A stretch of 63,657 nt of DNA, the filler included, from Dimorphilus gyrociliatus (lineage: Eukaryota; Animalia; Annelida), in assembly GCA_904063045.1 (NCBI GenBank). It is 5 parts of 5 records of this genome, joined end to end, with 100 filler letters (N's around TTAATTAATTAA, not from the genome) between each part and the next. Parts side by side here need not be neighbours in the genome. Positions count along the whole stretch, not along the records: positions 20,794 to 38,455 come from CAJFCJ010000076.1; positions 38,556 to 49,722 come from CAJFCJ010000264.1; 3 more parts are not named here. One strand, given 5' to 3'. The notes beneath the pieces were generated by a model. That model did no database searches. It had not been told where the DNA came from and saw nothing but the letters and a program-made list of their open reading frames with translations. Positions 36,990 to 49,822 of the stretch are shown piece by piece (position 1 is the first letter of the stretch; each line of letters begins with the position of its first letter). A program made the translations under genes and the position numbers.

Positions 36990-38231
36990 TGTGGCTAAAA
37001 GTTTATAACTATACCAATCTTAAAGTTCTTTTTTATATCCTGTTCAACATTATAAGATAGATTATCTGAAAATTCAAACAAGTCTATAATACTATTATTA
37101 GGTTCATTTTAAATAAATTTCCAACATTTCTCTCATCAGTTTGTTTTTTCCCATATAAACATTTTGAAGCTATTCATATTTCATGAATAATCTTCCAAGA
37201 TATTTGCATTTCTTATGTTGAAAACAAAACTGCCAGTTTTTCTCAATTTATATCATGCAGTCCATCAGATTGGGCCCAGTGGAAGGGACACACTTTATTT
37301 TTAATCTTAGGATTACTTTAAATCTACCTTAGGACACTCCTTAACAATTTCTATACATGAATTATTATAATATTTTATGGAAATATAGTAATAATACTTT
37401 TAAACCTTTTTAAACTTTATATGGCCAACCTTATTGAAATGACACAGTTGTTGCCTCTTTCTAACACTGTTAAACAATTTTTCGACATATTGTACAACTT
37501 TAGTTATATTTAACATGCTTGAACTTTATTATTTGATGCAACATATACATGTACATCTTAAAACCTACGCAAGAAAATGCTATAACATTGGCCAAAATTT
37601 TAATTTTCACTCATTTAAAGATACATTGAGAGATATTATCATTGTAGATTGTAAATTAAGTAGTCAGGATTCAAACATATTAGGTAAAACATTACAAAAA
37701 TGTGCATCATTAAAATATGTTAACCTATCCAAAAACAGAAATATGAGGAATGGCCTTAAAGTGATATGTAATGGACTCAAATCTTCTTCACACTTTAAGA
37801 AAATAATTAAATTCCAATGTTGCTGTTTGAATGCAGAACAAGCTAAATGTTTAGGAGAAACATTTAAACACTGTTCAGCATTGAAGCATATTTATTTCAG
37901 ATATAATAGTAATATCCGGAATGGTTTTAAAGTGCTATGTGATGGACTGAAATCTTCTTCAAACTCTATGAAATCAATTAAACTTGATGGATGTGAGTTG
38001 AATGATGAACAAGCGGAATGTCTAGGAGAAACAATTAAACATTGTTCAGCACTAGAAGATATAAATTTAACATGCAGTAACATGACATGGAATGGGTTGA
38101 AAGTGATATGTGATGGACTCAAATCTTCTTCAAACTGTTTGAAGAAAGTCAACTTTAATTTGTGCAAGTTGATTGAAGAACAATATAAATATTTAGAAGA
38201 AATATTTAAACATTGTTTTATTTTGAGGTAG
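36990..38231 (+). pseudogene. NLR-type gene remnant: decayed NACHT/WHD region plus intact RNI-like LRRs (37515-38231)
   Basis: Three about 57-aa repeats (GLKVICxGLKSSS...LxxCxLxxEQAxCLGETxKHC). Upstream broken FHE..IFQDICISY resembles the F.H..FQE..A motif. Confidence 0.6.
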
Positions 38232-38455
38232 AAGATATGTATGTCACAAGATAGAGAAAACAATATGTGATATATCCAAAATATAATCCCTAATGAAAGG
38301 CTGCAAAACAAATATATACTGCTAAATAGCACAACTTTTTTTTCAATATCTGGCAATGATTAAAATAGAACAACTTTGACATATAACTTTTTAAAATGCA
38401 TTGTTCTCTTTCTCTCTATAGTAACTCCATGTTTAATAGAAAGTTCTGTAATTTA

Positions 38456-38555
38456 NNNNNNNNNNNNNNNNNNNNNNNNNNNNNNNNNNNNNNNNNNNNT
38501 TAATTAATTAANNNNNNNNNNNNNNNNNNNNNNNNNNNNNNNNNNNNNNNNNNNN
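38456..38555. other. Artificial contig spacer
   Basis: N44-TTAATTAATTAA-N44. Confidence 0.98.
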
Positions 38556-38872
38556 CTATAAGGAACTACTATCTAAAGTAACAGTTCCTAGCCTAAGCTA
38601 TCACTGTATCTGTTATGGTATTAAGTGGAAGAAGAATTGCAGGAGTTTTTATAAATCACAAAGAGGCTGAACAATTACAAATATTTTATCAAAATATGTT
38701 TTAATATTTAGATATTCTTATTGATTGGTAAAGAGCCAACAAAATCAGGTTGAAAGAATAGAAAATAACAAAATTCCTCTTAGCTAATCAAGATTGAATT
38801 TAGCTACAACAACTTTAGCCTAAAAGCTTTTGTGTATGCACTTTTTGGTGTTCTACCTTAAAGGGAATTGAG

Positions 38873-39075
38873 GGAACACAGATGTTGTTGCAAATGCCCA
38901 CAGTTTAGTGGTTTACCCTAACCCTAACCCAGCCCTGGACCCTGTCTAAAGTGCTCTTTTGTTCCTAACCCTTAGTTTGGACCCACCTAAATACAAATCA
39001 ATTGCTTCAATATTTTTCTTAACCGACTCCTAATCCAAAATCTCACTCAAAATAACTCCAACATTTTCAACAGCC
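38873..39075 (+). mobile_element. Degenerate MITE copy
   Basis: TTTACCCTAACCCTAACCCAGCCC...CCTAACCCTTAG...TACAAATCA...AATCCAAAATCTCA. Confidence 0.55.
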
Positions 39076-40453
39076 CAAAGGAAAAACATACTATATAGCT
39101 TAATAAAGTACTCAATTAGGGCATATATACATAACCCTATGAAAACTATAGAAAAGCTCCAAATTCACTTTAAAACTTTATTTCAAGTAAAATTTTTACA
39201 CTGAACGATCTTTCTTGTAAAGCATCCATACTCTAGAATATTTTCTGCATAAACTTCTGAAAAATGACTGTTCCTGCTATTTGAAAAAGAAACCAAATTA
39301 ATCTGCTATGCTTAGTTAGATTGCAAGATAAATGCTATATATTTTTTACTAAAGTTGTCATTATAATAGTTAATAGCTAAGTGATTTTCCCCTTTTTTTA
39401 AATATATTTTGGCATTAATATACAGTAGAAAACACTAATAATACACTTCAGAAGATATTTCAAAAAGTTGACTTGCTGTCATTTTGGCACCTTTGTACTT
39501 TTCCCAAATTGCTAAGATTTTTTTTGAATTCTTAAATAGGTCTTTTTTTCATGATTTTATTAGATTTGACAAATCTTCAATATCATTACAAGGGATATCT
39601 TTTGGATAAAGTAAACAAAATGTACTAGTTGATTTATATCCCCGTTTTCTATTCTGATATTTTGCCTGCATTCTGGACATTCATGCATTCATTATTTTCT
39701 ATTCCCAATTGTTGCATGATTCTAAAAAAGGTGGGATTGATTGGAATAAATCCTTGAATCCAATTTAGATGATTGTACAGTTTCTTTTCTATTTTTATCA
39801 AGAAATGTAATCTCTAGGCTAGAGTATGCTAATAAAGCAATAAATATGGGATTGACCAGGACAAAAGAGGATTTTTGAATTGAATTTTATGGAATTATAT
39901 CCAGCAAAGTATTTGTACAGTTGTATTTATATTTTTACTCAAAAAGCTAACTACTAGATTGCATTTATGATATAGAAAACATTCTTTTATTCAGTTTTCT
40001 TGCTGCATACTTGTTTTTGCTAGTTACTTTTTGGTTCATTGCAAAAATCTTTATAAACAGATTATAGATAAGAAGCTATTAAAAGCCCATTCATTAAACA
40101 AAGTCTATTTGGTACATAATCTTCTTAGTAAATTTTATCTTGGAAATAGCATGTATAGTCTCTTTAAATTGCGAGGAGTGCATACAGATTGCATGTATTA
40201 ACCCAGATTTTTGTCTAAAGCCATATTGTAGAATAAATCATTTTATCAATACCATTTAAGTTTTACATTGATATGGAAAAAAGGCAAAACTATAAGCTTG
40301 ATGATTCATTGTTTGTGTTTGTGGTGGCCTTGTATTAATTAGCAACCTTTATTACTAGGACAGATATTTACTATATATGCCTTGAGTGGTTCATTTTGTT
40401 TTCAGATTTGTTAATTCTCACAACAGATTGAAAACATTAGAAATATTTTCAAT

Positions 40454-42521
40454 ATGAGAAAAGTAAAAGCATTCAACTGGAAAGATTCAAAGCTTGGTTT
40501 CTTTGGGTCTGATAAGGAAAAACAAGTTAGAAGTAATGCAATCTGATTTTATTAAAAATGTTATAATTTTAAAAGCAATTTTATAATAATATTTTTTCTT
40601 TATATCAGAGGAAAAAGCTGACATTGAGGTTGCATGGAAAGGATGTGGTCAGAAACCAGGTCTGAAAGTTTGGCGAATTGTGGTAAGATATTTTCATTTT
40701 TGGGAAAAAACATACTCCTAAATATGTACTTGATTTCCCCTTTTCTGATTAGTAGAAAGGTGTAAAAATAATGTTTTTCAACAGAAAGGTAAGGTTACCA
40801 ATTGGCCTGAAAAGGATTATGGAAAATTCTACGCTGGAGACTCTTACATTATTTTGAATGTAATAAAATATATTTCTTTTACTCTAAATCTAATTAACAA
40901 TGAAATTTAAAAACAGACATACGAAGATTATCACAGCAAAACTCTCGAACATGATATTCACTTTTGGGTTGGTGAATCTGGCACACAGGTAATGTCTATT
41001 TGAACATTTTGTATTTTCCATCCTGTCTTTCTACATTCAGTGTCAAAATCTTGGTGTAGTAAACAAATTGGTATATTTCTTTTTTCATTAAAATTGGCAA
41101 ATAAAACAGGAAGAATATGAAACAGCTGCTTTCAAGACTGCTGAACTGAATGCATTTCTGAATGATGTTCCAGTTCAACACCGTGAAGTAATGTGTCATG
41201 AAAGTGAACTATTTAAAAGTTACTTTTCTTCACTTGTGTAAGTTGAGACAAGAGAGTGTACTATCACACCAATGCATGCTTGATCTCTCTTTTGAACCCC
41301 TTCGCAATTTTTTTGCAATTGTCGTTTGCTATTGTTAATGCTTCTTAGGTTTTGAATTTTTGGTTTTTATGCTATTGCAATCTATTCAGAAATTTTCCAA
41401 TCAAATATGTATGTACGAAGATGTATCATCTGATTATTGCAATTAGCAATTTGAGCTTTTGAATTAATTCTGCAAATTTTCAGTGTCCAATTCTTTTAAA
41501 ATCAAGTGATGTTTACATTATGGACTTGGGATTGGAAATTTATCAATGGAATGGAAAAACTTGTAACAAGGATGAGAAATATAAAGTCTGCATTTCTGTA
41601 TTTTTTACCATCCTGAAATTAAAGATTATTTCAATTTTAAAGGCTATACAGTTTATACAAACCCTTAAGAAAGACCGTCAGAGGGTCAAAACTGAAACTT
41701 TGGAGGAAGGCGCAATCAAGCCTGAAGTAAGTGCACCTGACAATTCTTCTTCCACTCCTACACAATTACTTTATAATAATATAATATTGTATGTCTCATT
41801 CACAGCTTGAGGTAAGGCTATTCAAACCGTTTTCAAGTCTTCTATATCTTGGAAGCTATTATTAGTTTGATTCTTGCTAATCCCTGATTACAAAGCATAA
41901 CTTTATCTAAGGAACTTAGAAAAGCCCCATGATATATTGATCATGCTGTCCATGCATTATTTAAAAATAGAAATATTACTTTGAATCTTTTTTTAATTAA
42001 TAACCTTTGCTGCTTTAAGAATGTAACCAAATTGCTTATTGCATGGTGTATTGGATTGTAATGCAGCACTAGTTAACGTTCACTGTTGCAACCTGATTTC
42101 AAATGCTGTCTTTTCAGAGGAAGTTCAACAGTGTTTTTCCGAAGTTTAATGAAGATGATGTGAATGCAGAAGAATTTGAACAAGATAACAAAAGAGGAAG
42201 AAGTTCTACTAAGGTCTGATATAGAATTTTTATAATTAGATATTAAATGTTGCATAACAGAGTTTCTAATGCTTCGGGAGAACTGAAAATCACTGAAGTG
42301 AGTCGTGGACAAGATCTTAACTATTCTCAGCTGGATTCCAATGATGTTTTCATCATTGATTTTTACGATACTGTCTATGTTTGGCTTGGAAAAAAATCGT
42401 CGAATGAAGAAAAAAGCAATGCAATAGGCTATGCACATCCTATCTGCAAAATTCGAGTTATAGTCTCAGACCAATTACTGTCCTTGTTGAAGGAAAGAAA
42501 ATGCCCTCTTTCTTGGCATAA
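40454..42521 (+). CDS. Three-domain gelsolin-like (severin/EWAM-type) actin-severing protein; frameshifted, possible pseudogene
   Basis: MRKVKAFNWKDSKLGFFGSDKEKQ, AWKGCGQKPGLKVWRIV, GKFYAGDSYIIL, DIHFWVG, VPVQHREV, DVYIMDLG..YQWNG, LDSNDVFIID...YVWLGK and PITVLVEG. Frameshifts at about 42150-42190 and about 42440. The GG.SGF linker exon was not found. Confidence 0.85.
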
Positions 42522-43265
42522 ACTAGTGCTTAACTTTGTGTATTTGTCACTTTTTCCAATTTTTTCAGCATGGATGTGTGTATTTTTCCTGTTGAAAACT
42601 TTTGCTGTGATTTGTGTGAAGAAAACTGATATTTTGCATATGATTTATTAAGTGATGGGTTTACATATCTCAATCGCTAAAATTATATTATTAATAAACT
42701 TATGCAATAATGCACCTTTCAAACTTTGAGTCTTTAAGCAATTATTTAATTTAGAATTACTGATGAGACAGATTTGTTTGGTAGTAACACATTTAGGCCA
42801 TGTTAAGCAAACAAATATTTTCACCAAATAGATGATTATTATCAAATGACAAATTATCTTGTTCAACATTGAATCTCTTTAATATCTATCTGGTTGTCAT
42901 TCCCTTCTATTTTCACAAATGTACTAAGGTGCAACCAGCAGACAGAGTCTTAAATTTCTTTATATATAAATGAACTGTAATTCATAAAAGATGAAGTTCA
43001 ACCCAACCATCAGTGTGTCTGAAGACAAGAATGTTGGTGGGGGAAATCTGCACAGCTTGTGAAAAAGAAGGCAGGTGATGAGAAAAAGGTATACTTTGTC
43101 ATTGTGTATAGTCTTGCATATAGGTCTGGTAAAGTTAAGAATGCAATGTCGGAATGGAGTTGTAAGCTCTTCTGTTCAATAATCCAGTAGATTAGCCATC
43201 CTGATTGTTACCCTTTTTGTAGTTGTTTGATAAGCAGGTCTCACATCTTTATAATACTTTTCTAT

Positions 43266-43472
43266 GAGGCCGACAGAAAACGTCCTCAAGTGAGATTTTT
43301 GAAAGCACCATTTCGGATTGAAAAATAATTAGGGCGAGTGAACTAGCCATTGATTTGTAGCTAGGGGGGTTCCTTCTAAGGGTCAAGAGCAATCAAAAAG
43401 GTTAGGGAGTGACAAGGGCTAGGTTAGGGTTAGGGTTAAATCATGCATTTGGGGACGTTTTCTGTCGTAACC
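43266..43472 (-). mobile_element. 207-bp Mutator-type MITE, subfamily B
   Basis: TIRs GAGGCCGACAGAAAACGTCC / GGACGTTTTCTGTCGTAACC. Perfect 9-bp TSD CTTTTCTAT. Confidence 0.9.
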
Positions 43473-45334
43473 CTTTTCTATATATATTATAGTTTAATCT
43501 AACATTTAGTCCAGACAATCAAAATTCAAGGTGTACCATTCTTTATGACGTTTACTTTATATATATATATATATATATATATACAAAAATGCTTGCATGT
43601 ACAATTATAGCAATCTTATAAATGAATGTAATGAATTTTTAGCATTATTTATAATTTGATGTAGGCTTTTGTACAAATATCATATATTTAGGAATACTTT
43701 TAAACAAACCTGAAGTTCTACTTGGACCAGTTAGTTTGGAGTAATATTAAATGAGCAGTACGAATAACTGTGGCTGAGGTGAGAATGGAATTCCTATGAT
43801 CAACCAGAATTATTTTTAGTCTTTTAAGCTGAACTTTGTACAATCACAAAGATTAATATGAAAACAACCTGGATGTTTTTCACGCTGATATTCAATTTAT
43901 TACTACTTGGCATTCATACTCTTTAGGAATAGTTCTTAAATCTATAAATGCCCATTGTTCAAAAGAGAGTTAGGCCAAACTGCCTATAGATATAAAGTGA
44001 ACTGAAAATTTTAAATCTAATAGTTTGAAGAGTTTTTTACCTTCCATTATAAAAATTCTCCAACTCTTCCAATGCCATACTTAATCCAACCAGACATTTG
44101 AAAAGATGTTGAAGAAAAGAAATTTTTAAATATATTTTATAAATTTTTTATTTTTTGTCAATATTGAATTGCTTCTAGTCAAACTACACAGACTTTAAAT
44201 TACCAAAATCTCTTGCTTCTGGTATGTTTCATTTCTGATATTTGAGTCATCAATCACAAAACTTATATATTTAAAATTTTCACTTTTTACAATATGATTG
44301 TTATCTTTCAAATTTCAAACTCTATCAATAATATTGTCATTGTTTGAAACAACTATGTATTCAAAATTTTAACTCAAAGGAGTATTAGCTCTATTCTACA
44401 ATAGATGAGTAGTATTAAAACTAGTATTGCATCATGCTGGTTGCACTGAGAAAGAATGTTGATAGTCATGGTTCGCGATTCATCTTCTAGGAATTGCAAT
44501 TCACGGCCACAATTTTGATCTTCTAATTTTGATCCAAAAGATGCTTGTCACTCAGGCTTTAACAAAAATTGGGGAATCAATATCACAAGTTTTTATTCAA
44601 ATAAAACTAAACTTTTAGGAAATATAGATGAAAATCATTATGAACAAATTACTGAAAGTGGATTGAAACAATACCAATTTCAAATGGATGATCCGAATGT
44701 ATATCCAGTTTTATCATGCTCTAATTTTTCACCACCACTACCCAACAAGAAATTTAATACCAACATAAGATGATGATGACGATGATGACCATGATCATTT
44801 TCCTCCTACTCCAATCTATGCTTTTAAAAAGCTTTGTGTAGGTAAACCCATAAGGGTCAATTGTTGCATTACATTTATGTAAATAGACACTTGCAGTTGT
44901 TGTCAGCATGTTTGGTTATGTAACATCTTATCTTTTACCGACAAAAGGGATTGATTCTAGTTGTTGAGTACAAAAAAACAATCAATTGTTAATAATGATG
45001 GTGTTTGTTGGAAAAAGATCTTGTTGAAAATGATCACAGTTTTTTGGTTTTTGTTTGTTTACCCCAGCCCAAACCCCGGAATCTTATCATCTCATTATGG
45101 TCATTTTCCAAATTTTTCCCTTCTTTTCTTGTTACTTTTATTTCCAATTCAAATTTTCCCCAAATTTTCAACTTCTCTACTTTGTTTTTTCATTTAAATT
45201 GAAGACAGATTTCCAACATCATAGAGGATCCTTAGACTATCAATTTATAACACTAGGGTGAAATTTTGTGATATTCAATTATCCTAATTTAATTATTTTC
45301 CCAATTTTACACAATTAATAAGAAAAAGTTTTAC

Positions 45335-46971
45335 CACTCCTGCAAGATGGACTATCCTGATATTTTTGTGAATAGCAAATAAGAACAACCATAGCATTTT
45401 CAACAGCTTTTGCCATGCTTTCAAGAATTGATCCACCTTTTTAATTAAATACAAAAAATATAGTCAATATGTGAAAGAAAGACAGAAATATAATCAAAGC
45501 TAACCCATAGATTCAACATCAATCCAAATCTTGAAGCCTTTCGATTTAAGGAAATTACTGATTGCTAGGGCAATTGGTTTATATGACCATTGATAGCTCA
45601 ACATAACATGATTAGAATTGGATTTATCATTATTGCCTCCAATACTTTTATTGCTTTGTCTCTTCTTTTGGCTTATCTGCCAAATTATACCTTCAAATGA
45701 ATGTTTTTTAGTTGAATTGGAATTATTTTGTACTTTTTACTGGATAAAATTGAAATTTTCTTTTTTAAGAATTTTCCTGCATTTATTATTAAATGATAGT
45801 GTCCACAGTGTCTCTTCATCTTCACTTTGTGGAGATTTTATTACTTCTATAATCAATGGAATATAGTCAGCAAAAATTTGTTTATCAATCCAATTTTTGT
45901 AATTATTCGGCTCCCAGTCACTTTCTTTTAAATTTAAAATTTCTGGAAGAGAATTCTTAAAACATCGTTTAGCGTATTGAAAGTCTGGTAAAATATTCAA
46001 TTTTCTGTTTGTATTTCTTAACTGTTGTATTTTGTTTTTTAAATCATTAATTTCAGTACATTCATCATCAAGGACTGTTAATTTTTCCTTATGTTCATAA
46101 ACTAAAATATTCTTGTCTAATTCTTTTGCAGGAGATAACTTTGATAAAAGAAGAGAATCCAAATTGTAAATGTTATTGTAATTGATGAAAAAACATTTTG
46201 CAATTAATTTCATTAGTTTCATATGCTGGTGAATAATCAATAAGAAAGATTGGACACATTTTAATAGCTTCTTCCATGGAATGAAAAGTAGAACAGATTT
46301 TTTTTAAAAAAAAAACAATAAAACTTGGAATAGACACTGAAAAAAGGAAATAATAGAAACTTACATGTGTAATCAGCATCAAACCATATATTCACATTAT
46401 CTTTCAGCTGGTTGTATAAGTGTAGAGCAATTTCAAAATATCCTATTTCATAACTCAAAACAACATCATAAAGTAGACTATTATCATCATTCTCTTTAAA
46501 ATCGTCTGATTTATCAGAAGTATTACTTATCTGTAAAATTATTTCACGTATTAGTCGACTAATTGCAGGATTTTGACAACATTTTCTCTCTAAATTTCGA
46601 ATGACATGATAATATTTTTGTTGTGTTAGTATTTTCTGAGAATTTTCATCAAAGCAGATTGTCCATAGACATTGAATTGAATATTCTTTCTCATCCTTTT
46701 CATTACCATTTAAAAGTTTTTTATGAAAAATAATAAAAAATTCTACCAGTGTTTTAGTAAAATTTTCATTTCTGAGAACAATTGAAATTATTTTTCCTTC
46801 AATTTGTGCAAACTTTTTAAGCCATTTAATAATTCTTTTTTTTAAATCTTTAAAGTTGAATGATTCTGAAATTTTCGAAATACATTTAACACTTTCTTGT
46901 AAAATTTCTATTTTCTTTTTTTCAGATTTTGTAATTTCTCTAGAGTTTGAATTGTATAGGTTTGAGTCCAT
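45335..46971 (-). pseudogene. ARM-TIR-ARM-TIR protein (SARM/TIR_2-like), with a frameshift and an in-frame TAA
   Basis: QCLWTICFDE + YDVVLSYE..LYNQLKDNVNIWFD + SMEEAIKMCPIFLIDYSPAY. Then ETLWTLSFNN + HVMLSYQWSYKPIALAISNFLKSKGFKIWIDVESMG|GSILESMAKAVENAMVVLICYSQKYQDSPSCRS. TAA at 45737-45739 and a frameshift near 46190. Confidence 0.75.
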
Positions 46972-47422
46972 TTTTGTTAATTTATATGATTCAAAAATCA
47001 GATTATTTGTGAGTATGATCCACTAGTTAACAAGCTTCAACTGCAATGTATGATTGAAGTTTGTAAAATGAATATAAACACTGATACCTGTAATATAAAT
47101 GTGGTTTTTAAAACAGTTATACCTTGGAGTTTTCCTATATCTAAAACATTTTAATACATGGTTATATCACACCCAAAATCAAATTTTTTTATTATATAAT
47201 ACAATAATAATATTAAAGTAATATGGAACAAGAAAGTATAAATAGCCCATTGCTAATCAGGGTGAGGTTAGGGTTAAGATGAATATTTAATAAAAATATT
47301 TTAATATTTAATAATGTGACCTATTTTTGTTTTCAGAGTAATTGTCAAGAAAACTTTACAAAGAAGAATAGAATATTAAAGATTTTTGAACAGATAAAGC
47401 TATTTATAGTTAAGCATATTGC

Positions 47423-47582
47423 AACCCAGCCCTTAGCTGTACCTAACCTTTTCCATTAGCCCTAACCCTTAGAGGAGACCCTCCTAAGTACAAATCAGTT
47501 GCTATTTTCTTCTGCCTAACCCTTTCTCAATCCAAAGTCTAGTCTTGAAATTTCTCATTTATGGACGTTTTCCGTCGACCCC
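47423..47582 (+). mobile_element. Truncated MITE, subfamily A (one TIR only)
   Basis: Near-identical to the right three-quarters of 11054-11260; ends GGACGTTTTCCGTCGACCCC. Confidence 0.85.
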
Positions 47583-48447
47583 AGTAAAAATATATATGAA
47601 AACTTTATGTTTTTATGTTACACAGAGAAAGATAAAATGCAGTGACTGTCAAAAATAATTCCATGCCAAATGCTTTAAACTATCATCACAAGACTATAAA
47701 GCAATGAATGGCCTTATTGGTGATATTGGCAAGAAAGCATATTCATTTTATTCACAAGTTAAAATGTTTGTTTTGAAAAAGGCAAACATCAAATATTTAA
47801 CAAAGTAAAGGTTTATTAACCCAAATCTTTCTTATACTAAAGTCTTGATTGTAAGCTGTATAAAATAAAAAAATTGGAGACAGACCCACCTACTAATTCA
47901 AACACCATAAACTTTCTATAACTGGACATTTCATCAATCACAAAGTGACGATTGAATGTTGGAAACAGGCCTCACAGTATGAAAATCCTCACTGTTTTAT
48001 TCAAATCATTGTATCTAGATCTAAACATTTGAGAAGAACATTTGGAAACAGCTTCCACTGGAACATAAGCCTTGCACTCTTCAACATTAGATGCTAGTTT
48101 GGCAAATTGGTAGCCTGTTGTTACTAACCCTAACAATTTACTCTGGAAATGAACTCTCATATTGTTACTTGCTTATACATTTTTTTTGGATTAAACTTTT
48201 GGGTAAAAGTGTGGAAGAGTTACAACAGAAAATGCCCCCAAATGCATGATTTAACCGTAACCCTAAACTAGCCCTTGTCTCTGACTTACCTTTTTGATTA
48301 CCCCTGACGCTTTGATGGAACTTTTTGTGGCTGTCAAAGATTTAAAAGAGAAGTTTAACAAAATTAAGTTTTTACCATCATAACAATTATCTATTATTGT
48401 GACAATGAAAAAAGTATGTGGATTTTCTATTCCCAAATCCCAACTGA

Positions 48448-48640
48448 GGATACGACAGAAAACGTCCACAAATTGGTGCTTTTACCCTAACCCTAACCCA
48501 ACCCTTAGCTGTACCTAACCTTTTCCATTAGTCCTAACCCTTAGGGGAGACCCTCCTAAGTACAAATCAGTTGCTGTTTTCTTCTGCCTAACCATTTCTC
48601 AATCCAAATTTTTGTTTTGTGGACGTTTTCTGTCGACCCC
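48448..48640 (+). mobile_element. MITE subfamily A (193 bp, small internal deletion); a degenerate partial copy lies at about 48218-48310
   Basis: TIRs GGATACGACAGAAAACGTCC / GGACGTTTTCTGTCGACCCC. TSD CCCAACTGA / CCTAACTGA. Confidence 0.9.
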
Positions 48641-49059
48641 CCTAACTGATCCATTGATATAATGATTATCCATATGTGAAATACCATTCTCGATCACTTC
48701 AAAAGCAGAGCAAAAATCGAAATCTTGAAAAATTGATCACTGACTGAATATAAGGCTAAGCAAAATGTTTCTTTTACAAAGGGAAGTATAAAAGTTACAT
48801 TTAAACTTATATTTTTACAAAATGATAAGGCAATAGACAAAAAACCCTTAGCAAATCATATCATCAAAGCAATTCCAAAAGCATGTAGTAATCAATCAAT
48901 GAAAATATCCCATTCAAGTGTTAGCAATATTAATATACAAAAAATTAAGCAAATGATTTCTTTTAATCAATAATGCCCTCTGTTGGATAAACTACAATGA
49001 TCAATAGCCAGATAAGTCTGACAACAAAATACAAAAAAACATCAATTGAAAATGAAAAA

Positions 49060-49432
49060 CTTTCAACACTGGTTGCATACTTCAACGGAACCTACTAAAC
49101 CTACTTTAAATACAATTTCTACAAAACATACTGAATCTCTTTCATCAGAAATTACCAAAAAGCCTATTGAAACATATTCATAACAAATTTCAATAGAACC
49201 AATTAAACATGCTTCTGAAGATGTTTCTTCAGGAAAAACCAAAGAAGTTACTGAAGCAGTATCAATCATGATTCAAACAGAACATACTGAGGATTCTTTC
49301 GCAGAAATTACAATAAAACCTACAATAATAGGTTCAACCATAATGTCAACAAAAAGTACCACATCTCCTTCATCTGGACAAATGACAGAACCTACTGAAT
49401 TTTTAATGGAAATAAATTTTATTTTAGGATGA
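49060..49432 (+). pseudogene. Mucin-like Thr/Ser/Pro/Glu-rich exon with an in-frame TAA
   Basis: STEPTKPTLNTISTKHTES...IETYS*QISIEP...STTSPSSGQMTEPTE. Confidence 0.3.
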
Positions 49433-49722
49433 GTCCAAAGAGAAGCTGTACCCTAGGAGGAAAGAGTTTCTCTCCTGTTTGTTTAAAGAATGCATGACTT
49501 GTGAAAAGCTGTTGAAATGGTTCAGAAATCACTTTGAAAGCTCTATACATGAATAATATGTTTCTAATAACACAAAATTAGTATTGAGAAGTACACGAAA
49601 TGTCAGCCTATATAGTATCTTCTCGCCAAAATTGTAACTTTTTTATATTTTTTTTCATAAATGGCAGCCCTTTTGGATTTCGAAAAAGGGGTCTGCTTGA
49701 TGGATTGGAAAGAAATTTTTAA

Positions 49723-49822
49723 NNNNNNNNNNNNNNNNNNNNNNNNNNNNNNNNNNNNNNNNNNNNTTAATTAATTAANNNNNNNNNNNNNNNNNNNNNN
49801 NNNNNNNNNNNNNNNNNNNNNN
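49723..49822. other. Artificial contig spacer
   Basis: N44-TTAATTAATTAA-N44. Confidence 0.98.

Noticed and set aside
44400-44770. Possible TM plus tyrosine-motif cytoplasmic tail exon (HYEQI, PPLP)
   Set aside because: It is frame-broken with no linked exons, so no gene can be supported.
33671-49200. Non-standard genetic code explaining the in-frame TGA and TAA
   Set aside because: TAA and TGA serve as normal stops in intact genes, and frameshifts co-occur with the stops.
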